Of a stretch of DNA of 64,000 bases, positions 27,232 through 36,583 are shown in pieces (the stretch's first letter is position 1; each line of letters starts with the position of its first letter). Under the pieces are notes generated by a model that ran no database searches, was not told the origin of the DNA, and was given only the letters and a program-made list of their open reading frames with translations. This DNA is from Podarcis gaigeae (taxonomy: Eukaryota): the NCBI GenBank assembly GCA_964106915.2, contig OZ066927.1. The stretch is one strand, 5' to 3'. The position numbers and the translations under genes are program-made.

Positions 27232-29787
27232 ATTGTACAAAGCAGAGAAAAGGAGGTTTAAATGTTACTTCTACCATCTGGGGACTGAAGTCTTTGCAAA
27301 TGCTACAAAACAGCAGTGAGGCAATATCAGAGCTTCAAGCTTCAGGGTTTTAGGCCATATGGATTCAGAATATTTTGAATCAATTGAATTTAACTGCCAG
27401 TTTTTAGCAGTAACCGCGCAGAGATGAGGAGAATAAAGCAAGATCACGAAAGAAAATCTGGAATTTGTCAGTGTTATCACATGCCATAAAGTGCCTCTGT
27501 AGATTATATTAAAATGTTTATTCTGCTAAATTCAAAGAAGCAGAGGCAGGCTAAAAATGAATGCAGATTTCAACAGTGTATTGCTACAAAGGGTGATTTT
27601 TTTGTTTTATTTTGGGATTAGGCAGGGGTATTTGAAAGTCATCTATCTCAACAGTTAATACAACAGTAACAATGAACTCAATAACTAACAATTAACAGGG
27701 GGCTCCTGTGAATTTCCAAGGACTTAATTTTTATTCTATTTTAGCATTTGTAGACTTCCTCTCAGAAGTAAATAAAAAAACATAGAACATAACATCAGGG
27801 AATAAATTATTTAAAATTATCTTTTTGGTGCTGTTGTTCTTTCAAAAATGGAAGTATTTGGAAAATGTTCAATCCCAGCAGTCTGAAAGAAGATTTCATG
27901 TTTGTTCTTGATCCCACTTTGCACTTCAGTGGCAAGACAAGGGCAAAACCACACTTTGCATGGGTGCAACTGCACAAGACAATTCAAAATAAATAGGGAG
28001 GTGTGCAAGGGGTGTGCCCTTTGCACTCTGGCCTTCCTAGTTTCTGTTTGTTCAACAAATAAAAAAATCTTAAATTCTGCATTATTGTTTGGGGAAGGGA
28101 GTTTTTATAAAAAGAAATAAGTATGTATAGTGACATACTTATGTATGTATGTTAACAAGTGTTCCCTGTTTAAAGAAAAATGCCTATTACACATTATTAA
28201 AGAAATTAAATCTGACCAGCTCTATATTTAGGCATGGCATAATTTTAAGCACCTTGGCAAAATAAATTGTCCAGACCGATTGCTTTGCTAAAAACAAAAA
28301 GCAGCAACAATAGAATGAATGAATGAAATTGTATAAATATGTGGTATTTCTTTTGTAAAGAAAGCAGTCCTGTGTGTGTTTCAGTATATTGCCTTTATTT
28401 AAAAACATTGGGTTGATCCCAATTTTTGTGACATATATCCGTCCACCCACCCCCACCCCCCCGAAAAGATCCCCTGCGGTCCCTATGTAGCTCTTTCATT
28501 GGGCTTGGATTTGGGGAGGGGGAAGGCATCCCCCCCCATTCTAGTTTGTTTGTTTTTATTGGCCTGTTAACAGATGTTGACGTGGTTCAGGGCACAAGGC
28601 AGCCATGTGCTTCTAAATGGAGAGATCTCTCCACAATGAAGCCTGGAGCTGCAGGGGGTTGTTTGGGGCTAGAACAATGTTCTCTAGGCTTTGTGTGTGT
28701 GGCCAAATTCAGAATGAAAAGGGATTGATTAATTGTACGTACTGAAATCCTTAGCGAGCCAGAAGAGAATAGCGTGACCCATGTGGTGAGGAGAAAACGG
28801 GAGCAGCAGTTTAAGTGGTGGAAAGTTGAAAGAGGGCTAACCTCCTTGTTCTAATAGTCGAAGCGAGTGGCTGCTTGGCGGTCCGCTGTTGAAGCGCAGC
28901 ATATGTGCCTCCCTTTGACAAAGGCCCTCTTCAGCCCAAAGCAGCCCCTCGGCCTGTGCGTTGATCCAGAGCGACGGGCCGCGGTAATGAGGGACAGGCC
29001 TCTCAAGAAGCAGAGAGGAGATAATACCGCATAAGTGGAGAGTTCTGTGGAGTGTTCTCGCCATTCGACATAATGCAAGGCGCTACCCCGGCGAATCGCT
29101 TGCCATCCAGCTGAAATGGGCCATTAGGTATCGGGGAAAATTGTCTTTTGCTACTTTCAGCAGATGGAGCAAATATTTTACAAAGCCATTTTACATACAA
29201 AAACCATTTGCGTGACTTGGTAATGGCAGCTGTTTTACATGATGTTACCTTCCAAAAGAATGTCTCTCATGAAAGGCAAAATCGGGACTTTTTTAATTTT
29301 AAAATTTGCAGTTGCACACTCAAGCATTCAGCCCTAAAAGCGGCATTTGAATTCTAAGTAAGTGTGGCAGGCGATTGATCGCTTCCAAAAACATTTTCCA
29401 GCATTTTTGTTCTTTTCCGTAGATTGCAGCACCAGAGAGTAACACCCCATCCCCCCCAAGCAACGAAACAAATTCTAAAGTACTTGCAAACTGCTGGATG
29501 GTGTGTGCATGTGTGTGTGTAGCAGAAGGAACCCAACAGCGTTTCCATTTCAGTCTGCCTCACAATAAGCTTTTTCTTAAACCCAGTGGCTGAAACCATG
29601 AGAGACAACTTTTGACTGGGAAGTGGATTTTTCAGCTAAGTACTTTTTCAGTCCTTGTGGTTCTGGGAAGAACTTTAAACAGTGGTAAGAGCTCAGAAGT
29701 TGGGAAATGAATAAACCCATCTGGGGGGAAAAAGTACAGCCACCAGGATCACTTTTCACTTTGTTCTCTCACTTTTCCTGTGAATAT

Positions 29788-30183
29788 TAGTGATGGGAGA
29801 TAAATTCAGTCTGGTTCACATTTTAATGCAAGCCTCCCTAACTTACGCTTCCTGAAAGAATACACAACTTACACTTTGAAATGTGCACTTTTCCGAATTT
29901 TGCAGTGCGGGTCTCCTTCCAAATGATATGCTAGGGACAAATGTATGTGCATAAAAATGCATATTTTAGTGAAAATAATATATTAAAAATGCATTACATT
30001 TGGGGAAAGTGCTTGCAAATACAGCAAGCAAATATATGTAAAGTAGAAGAAATGCTCACTTTAATGTTGACAAATTTTCATGAGGACTTTTAAAAAAATC
30101 ACAAACTTATGTGGAAATGGGGTGAACTGAACTTCACATTGGAAAAATGAGAAATCAAAATTGATAGATTCATCCATTCCTGA
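29788..30183 (+). repeat. AT-rich interspersed repeat (probable non-autonomous DNA element)
   Basis: Shares the blocks aattttgcagtgc, aaaatgcatatt and aattttcatgaggac with 3330-3640 (+) and 35898-36384 (-). The ends resemble tagggatg / catcccta. Confidence 0.6.
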
Positions 30184-30659
30184 AGAACAGTTAGGCTTTC
30201 CTTTCATTTTTTGTTCACCACATGTGTGTGACCTTAGGTTAGGTGGGAGATAGTGATTAGCTTAGAAACATTGAATCAATGAATTGTAGAGTTGGAAGGG
30301 ATATCTAGTCCAACCCCTACAATGCAGGAATTTCATAGCAGACAGCCATCTAACCTCTGCTTAGGAACCTGCAAGGAAGGAAAGTCCACCATCTCTTGTG
30401 GAAGTCTGTTCCACTGTCAAACAGCTCTTACTTTCAGAAAGTTCTTTCTGATGTTTCATTGGAATCTCATATCTTGTAACTTGAAGGCCTTGGTTTGGAT
30501 CTTAGCCTCTGGGGAAGGAGAAAACAAGCTAACTCCCTCTTCAGTGTGACAGCCATATATATATATATATATATATATATGCTTTCGTAGATTTTCACGG
30601 GTACAGGAATGCAGGTTTTGGTGTCCTCGGGTGTCTTCCCGTGTAAAAGTTGGGGTGTC

Positions 30660-30701
30660 TAGGCGACGTTTCGACGAGGTCTCACTCGTCATCTTCAGGC
30701 T
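30660..30701 (-). ncRNA. Minimal type I hammerhead ribozyme motif (antisense copy)
   Basis: Exact reverse complement of the 30765-30806 motif in the other palindrome arm. Confidence 0.72.
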
Positions 30702-30764
30702 GGTGCTTTCGGCTTCTTGTTACTGGAACAGGCTCTGTTCCAGTAACAAGAAGCCGAAAGCACC

Positions 30765-30806
30765 AGCCTGAAGATGACGAGTGAGACCTCGTCGAAACGT
30801 CGCCTA
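30765..30806 (+). ncRNA. Minimal type I hammerhead ribozyme motif (sense to IQCH)
   Basis: CUGAAGA-U (30768-30775), stem II GACGAG/CUCGUC with a ugagac loop, then GAAAC-GUC (30794-30801). Stem III is the palindromic ACGU. Predicted cleavage is after C30801. Stem I is weak. Confidence 0.72.
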
Positions 30807-32388
30807 GACACCCCAACTTTTACACGGGAAGACACCCGAGGACACCAAAACCTGCATATATATATATATATATATATATATGAAGAAGGCTATCATATCT
30901 CCTCCCAGATCTCCCTGGTCCAGTCCTCTTCAATAAACCAGTTAGTCTCATAGGATGTGACATCAGTATTGACACTGGGTACTGTAACTGTGAAGCAAAA
31001 ACAACTTCAACAGCCACTATGCAATGCAAGGATCTGATTTTCTCTCTTTCCCCAACCCCCTGATTAGAAGCAAATATATGCATTGGGATTCGGCCCAGAG
31101 TGACTAGAGGGAATGGCTTTATCTAGTGCACTGAAAATAAGACAGAAGCAACTTAATGGTACCTATTGATTTGTAGATAGAGCATCTTGCTAGCATTAAT
31201 CAATGAAGAGAAAATTTATGTGGACCAAGCAATCCCCTCCCCCAATATGGGAAATCATTAGTTCTCACTAGTTCTTAAATTAGTTATACATGAAAGAAAA
31301 GCACAAGCCATTCATTCTTCCCTCTCTTGTCTATATGGTGCTTTTCAGCTGGTTCAGTGCTACTGCAACGGCATTGGAATCTATAACTTATTAGCAAATC
31401 CTCCCTCAGTGTATACAGATACCCTGCACCTTCTCTCTTTGCTAGAAGTTTGGAGCAAGCCAGTGGCTTTTAGGGGACTCTCCAGTATTAGTTGCCAGTA
31501 GTAGCTGTTGGCACTGGTGCCCTTATAGGCACCATCAGGCTTTCTGTACATGAAGAATGTAATGTAAGAATAATACCTTTCTCGATTTTTTTTTAATCCA
31601 AATATACAGTATCTTCCAGAGCAAAGGTTGATGACACTCCCAAAGAATTCTAAAAAGTTGATTGGGCCAAACCTTCCCTTTCAAAAGCCATGCTGATTTT
31701 TTATCAACAAGGCTTGTTCTTCTATATATGTTTGTGTGTTTAACAGTGTTAGCATAAATCATTCTTTCTACCAGTTTGTCTGGGATGAAGGATAGGCTGA
31801 CATGTCTCTAATGTCTTGGAGTGGTTCTCCTGTAGTTGTTGCAGATGCTTTTTGTAAGGCTAGCTTCTGAAGCTCTCTCTGCTTTGCAGGCATTAGATAT
31901 CCTAAGCAAGTGAGTTAAACCATATGCTTCAGGGAAAGGTAATTTGTTCCCAGGCTGAGACTCAAAGATGTTCGTTTGTGTTCAGAATTCACAAACTGCC
32001 TTTTGGCAAACACAACAGAGCAGTTTTGCTTTGTGGTGTGTTATTAAGAGAAGCCGTTGCCTCCACATACAGTGCATTTAAAACACAGCATTTAAAAATG
32101 AAGAGAAAACCTGTCTAGCAAGGAAAAGAAATGAGTGTGATGCTTCACTAGTCCATCCTGCAGTCCAGGGGAGCAAGAACAGAGTCCCGGGATTGGTGTG
32201 CGAAGTGGGCAATTGGTCCTCTTTTGGAGCATGGGACATTTCCAATTTCAAGGGGTCATGAAGCAGAAGGAAAGAGGCCCAAGGGAAGCAAAGAAGTGAT
32301 CATGATGCAGCTAGAGAAAAGCGACCTGGAGTTTTAACATACAGAGTCCCTAAGTTTGGTGTGCTTGCTCAGCGCTCTGACTTTTTGA

Positions 32389-32489
32389 CAGCTTTCCCCA
32401 ATCCGACGCCTTCCAGATGTTTTGGACTACAACTCCCATCAGCCACAGCCAATACAAAACATCTGGAAACATCTGGTTGGGGAAGGCTG
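32389..32489. mobile_element. hAT-type MITE (same family)
   Basis: TIRs cagctttccccaa / ttggggaaggctg, with internal ggactacaactcccatc. Confidence 0.75.
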
Positions 32490-32511
32490 TGAAATTAATA
32501 TTGGGTTCTCT

Positions 32512-32562
<51 letters not shown>
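32512..32562. repeat. (TTGC)n microsatellite
   Basis: Direct reading. Confidence 0.95.
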
Positions 32563-32563
<1 letters not shown>

Positions 32564-33240
32564 ATGCAAGATTGTGGGTGTTTGGTTCTATGGATGTTAT
32601 ATGGAGGAAGATGTTTCCACTGAGTTGCTGCTACAGATGTCAGAGAATACTGACAAAAACAGGAAAGGAAGTCAAAATTGTGTTGGTTGATTGTTTGTTC
32701 GCCTGTGATCAGGAATGGAAATCAGTCAAGCAAATACCACCAGTATTTGTTTCCATTGTTGTGTTAAGTCCGCAAACAATACGTAATCAGCTGCTCATTT
32801 TTTACACTGTTTTGATGTTTCCTTTACATTGAAATAAATATAAGTTACATAAGTTATGTACTTATCTACACTACATAGCAGACAGAGGCAGTGTTGTATT
32901 TGGTAGGAACTGAACTGCAGCAGAATGGAAATGGCATTGATGGTGGTGAAAACAGGTTGGAACAGAAATCTCTGCCTTCTTCCATCCCTAGATGCTGCTC
33001 ATCTCGCACATTGCTGATCCCTTGAATCTCCTTCATGCACAGTGACTTAATATAATAGTTTTGCTACCTTACCCAAGCTCAAGGTGCTCTAAGATGACGA
33101 CAGTGGTATGCCCAGAAGGTTTAGCCAAATTGGTGAGGTCCAGCAGACAAGCCAGAGTAGATTGTTGCCAAATGGAGAGCCCTCATGAGCCCTCAGGAGA
33201 GAATGGGAACATGCATCTGAATAAGGAGCTAATGAATGGA

Positions 33241-33287
<47 letters not shown>
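33241..33287. repeat. (TAT)n microsatellite
   Basis: Direct reading. Confidence 0.95.
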
Positions 33288-33288
<1 letters not shown>

Positions 33289-33622
33289 AGGATTATTAGA
33301 GTTACCATCACCCTGGTAGACCAACAGATATTTGTAGCCTGCCATCTTCCCCATTTTGTTTATTTTGTTCAGTTTTCTGCTAAAAAGAAATGAAGAATAG
33401 AACCAGTGGTTAAAAAGAAAGTATCTTTGATGAGGAAATGTTCTCAGATGGATGAAAGAAGAATAAGGAAAAAGATAAAGGAAACATTTAAAAAAAGGCT
33501 TTCTGGCTGTGGTTAAACAGTAACCACACAGCCTGTTGGAGGCCTGGTTTTTAATCACCCCACAAGCAGTTTTCATTTCTGCAGTAAAATTGCTTGTGGT
33601 TCTATTTAATTTGTTTCTGCAG

Positions 33623-33743
33623 GAACCAGCTTTGGCGAAGATCTCCCAGGAGCTGCCGGGCCTTTTAGCACAGCACGCTCAGGCTGTCAATGAGAAACGA
33701 TTTCCTACATGGGGAAAATTCCTCCAAACATTTGTGAGTCAAG
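33623..33743 (+). CDS. IQCH: IQCH coding exon 7 (121 nt)
   Basis: Acceptor gtttctgcag|, peptide [40 protein letters not shown](G), donor AAG|gtaaat, phase 0 to 1. Confidence 0.96.
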
Positions 33744-34864
33744 GTAAATAAGACTGCTAAGTTCCTGCTAAGTGCTATGAGGGATAATTATATCACCGGT
33801 ACTTCATTCTCATTCATTTAGATATTTCTCTGCCCCTTTTCATTTCCCCATTGCAGTTTTAACTGTTGAAAAATAAGATGTAGGCAGCCATCTTTGATTC
33901 CGCCTAGTTGTAATGGGCTTGGCTTCCTTGCTGGAAACTGCTGAACTCTCCCCACACACAAACACTTTAGAAAACACATGGAAACAGACATATGGCTAGA
34001 AATTGCCTGGGTGGCAAAAGATGCTTCAGAAGAAGCTTTGAGAAGAAAGAAATCTCAAAGGACTACTGGCAACATTTTGTGGCTTCAAGTCACAGTGCCA
34101 GCTGTGGCGTTAGTGTGTTCTGTGGCTTTTCTGAGGCTAGTGAGCTATTATTGCAATAAAAGAAGCTCTAAATTGTGCACTGTAGAATTCTGCAACCTTC
34201 TGAAGACCTTATGTCAGCCAGTTCATATTCTCCTTAGTCTTATTTCATTAGCAATTCAGATTTGGTTAGTCAGAATCAAGTTGGGTCAAGAAGCTATGGA
34301 GATCATGGAAATCTCATTCCCTGACCAATGGGACTCAGCTCTTCCTTTTGGCTTCCGAGATCTCAAACAACTTCTTCATGAACTTGAAGCAAAGTGTCTC
34401 AAGTTTTGTGCTGGCTCATGTAATTATGGAAGCACATCATATATATTGATCTGGTTGCATTGTTATGCCATTCCTCTCCAGGAAGCTCAGCATTGCGGCT
34501 ATGCCCATTCCATCTTTCTCCTGGGTAATTCTGATCTCATCTCTACTTCTACGCACACAAAATTAGATCCTTCCAGTCCCAATAATGACTCTCTAACAAC
34601 AAACATGGCCTTTGAGGTGGCATCCAAGGCTAGAAAATGGCTGTCCCTATAAGCACAGAGGAAACTGAAAGTCACAGCGCCTAGCTGAAGTCAAGTTCAA
34701 TATTTCCATTGAACCAGGCAGGACCTTCCCTAATAAATTGTTTATTTTTGGAAGGCAACAATCATTCAAGAGAAAATACTGGCAATACTGCATCCCAGAA
34801 CAAGCATTTAATTTGTATGGGGGGGCACTGCTTGATGGAATCCTGGCAACTTTTCTCTCTCTAG

Positions 34865-35151
34865 GTGGCATCATAGAAGCCTTCCCGCCCTCAGACAGCA
34901 TCACTAGCCTCAAAGTGGACATGCTAATAGAGCCAACTGGAGAGATCTCAATGGTTTCCTCTGGAGACCAGTTCCATGCAGATGGTCCCCTGCGCTCCAC
35001 AGGAACCACCCTTCCTCAGTGTTCCGTTGAGCCGCGGGTCCTTAACGGGCTGTGTCTTCAGATTGGAGAGGCCTGCAGATCCAGAGGAGTGGTTGGATAC
35101 TTCTCCATTGACTTTGTGACATTCATCCACCCTCAAACCATGGGTCAGCAA
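34865..35151 (+). CDS. IQCH: IQCH coding exon 8 (287 nt)
   Basis: Acceptor ttctctctctag|, peptide (G)[25 protein letters not shown]...[22 protein letters not shown], donor CAA|gtgagt, phase 1 to 0. Confidence 0.96.
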
Positions 35152-35237
35152 GTGAGTCTGCGAAGTGAAATCTTAAATCCTGTGACACGCTTGCAGATAC
35201 TGTGAAATGTGATCATGATAAAAGGTGGCGGGGGGGT

Positions 35238-35239
<2 letters not shown>

Positions 35240-35274
<35 letters not shown>
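35240..35274. repeat. (GA)n microsatellite
   Basis: Direct reading. Confidence 0.95.
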
Positions 35275-35279
<5 letters not shown>

Positions 35280-35442
35280 AAAGCACTCCGCTATCCTCCT
35301 CTCACCGGCTACTAATTTCCATCCTCAGAAAACATGCTGTATTACAAAGACAGATTGGGTGGGTTTGGCAAAATGGTGGTTTTCCAGAGGTGCCATTGGA
35401 ATGGAGGAGGGAAAGATCAGGCCAGAAAGGTTGACACATTGG

Positions 35443-35842
35443 AATAATAATAATTATAATAATTTATTCTTTATACCCCGCCCGTCTGGCTGGGTTTCCC
35501 CAGCCACTCTGGGCGGCTCCCAACAAAACATTAAAAGTACAATAAAACATATAACATTAAAATACTTCCCTAAACAGGTCTGCCTTTAGATGTCTTCTAA
35601 AAGTCAGGTAGTTGTTTATTTCCTTGACATCTGATGGGAGGGTGTTCCACAGGGTGGGCGTAATGTCACTTCTCGCAGGGAGGGAACTGCCGGAAGGCCT
35701 TTGGAGCTGGACCTCAGTGTCCGGGCTAAATGATGGGGGTGGAGATGCTCCTTCAGGTACACTGGGGTTGAGGCCATTTAGGGCCTTAAAGGTCAGCACC
35801 AACACTTTGCATTGTGCTTGAAACTGTATTGGGAACCAATGT
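35443..35842 (-). mobile_element. L2 LINE 3' end
   Basis: The minus strand reads HWFPIQFQAQCKVLVLTFKALNGL...LWNTLPSDVKEINNYLTFRRHLKADLFREVF, with a (TTA)n tail; same family as 10378. Confidence 0.88.
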
Positions 35843-35897
35843 ACGAATCCAAGACGAGAGTGGCAACATGACATTTCGCTTGTACTCCCTCTTCTCT

Positions 35898-36384
35898 CTA
35901 GGGATGAGATTCACAACACATTACCTTGAAAACAGCAACCATTGTTTAAAAATCAAGTTTTTAGTCCTGCCTGGCTTAAGGATGGTCCTATCTGTTAGTT
36001 TTGGTTTCTCTCAGTTTCTCACTTTTTCACTCTTAAGTTCAGCTCTTCACATTACCACATCAGTTTGCAAATCCCCCCCTTTTTTTAAAGTCCTCATGAA
36101 AGTTCATCAGCATATTAGTCTGAATTTCTCCTAAATGTACAAATCTTTGTACAGTATGTGAATTGGCCTAATATACACATTTTGCAAGTACTTTTCCCCA
36201 ATATGATGTACTATATACACACTTAACCTAGTATATGTATTTTTGTACACATTACTTGATTGGAGAACTGCATTTGAAGGACAGTTGCATTTCAGCTCTC
36301 ATGTTGTTTCAGGAAACGTGAATTAGGTAGATTTGCCTTTAAGTATGAACTGAATATAATTCCTCTCTCTACTCCCACCCCTAC
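35898..36384 (-). repeat. Same AT-rich interspersed repeat, inverted copy
   Basis: Begins tagggatg and contains aaagtcctcatgaaagttcatcagcat..., the reverse complement of blocks in the 29788 copy. Confidence 0.6.
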
Positions 36385-36555
36385 TCTGGCTGTGTGACCC
36401 AGAAGTTCACACCAGGAACTGGGAGATGTTGATACTGTGTAGGGGCTTGTTATACCAAATCTTTTAGGGGAGGTGAATCCCGAGTGCCCTTGGTTGACAG
36501 TGGCACCAGCACAAGAACAAATTGACCTCTCTGTTGCTAATCTTTGAGGCAGAAA

Positions 36556-36583
36556 GATTGATTGATTGATTGATTGATTGATT
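36556..36583. repeat. (GATT)n microsatellite
   Basis: Direct reading. Confidence 0.95.

Larger units (their letters stand above)
30581..30857. mobile_element. Penelope-like element remnant: inverted pair of truncated pseudo-LTR ends flanked by (TA)n
   Basis: Perfect inverted repeat 30609-30731 / 30735-30857 with a 3-nt loop, an extra 28-nt tail on one arm (30581-30608), a hammerhead core in each arm, and (TA)n at 30555-30580 and 30856-30881. Confidence 0.8.
30270..30925 (-). mobile_element. CR1 LINE 3' fragment interrupted by the Penelope-like insertion
   Basis: Typical CR1 3' sequence (gagttggaaggg...tctagtccaacccc...ctgttccactgtcaaacagctcttac...tgacagcc) that resumes after the insertion as tgaagaaggctatcatatctcctc. 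Confidence 0.75.

Noticed and set aside
30609-30857. miRNA precursor or DNA-transposon MITE interpretation of the palindrome
   Set aside because: The stem is too long and perfect for a pre-miRNA. The asymmetric tail and hammerhead cores fit a Penelope-like origin better than a TIR element.
33978-34652. 224-aa intronic ORF, the longest in the track
   Set aside because: No recognisable motif or useful splice context, and IQCH exons 7 and 8 join in frame without it. Probably chance or a decayed repeat.
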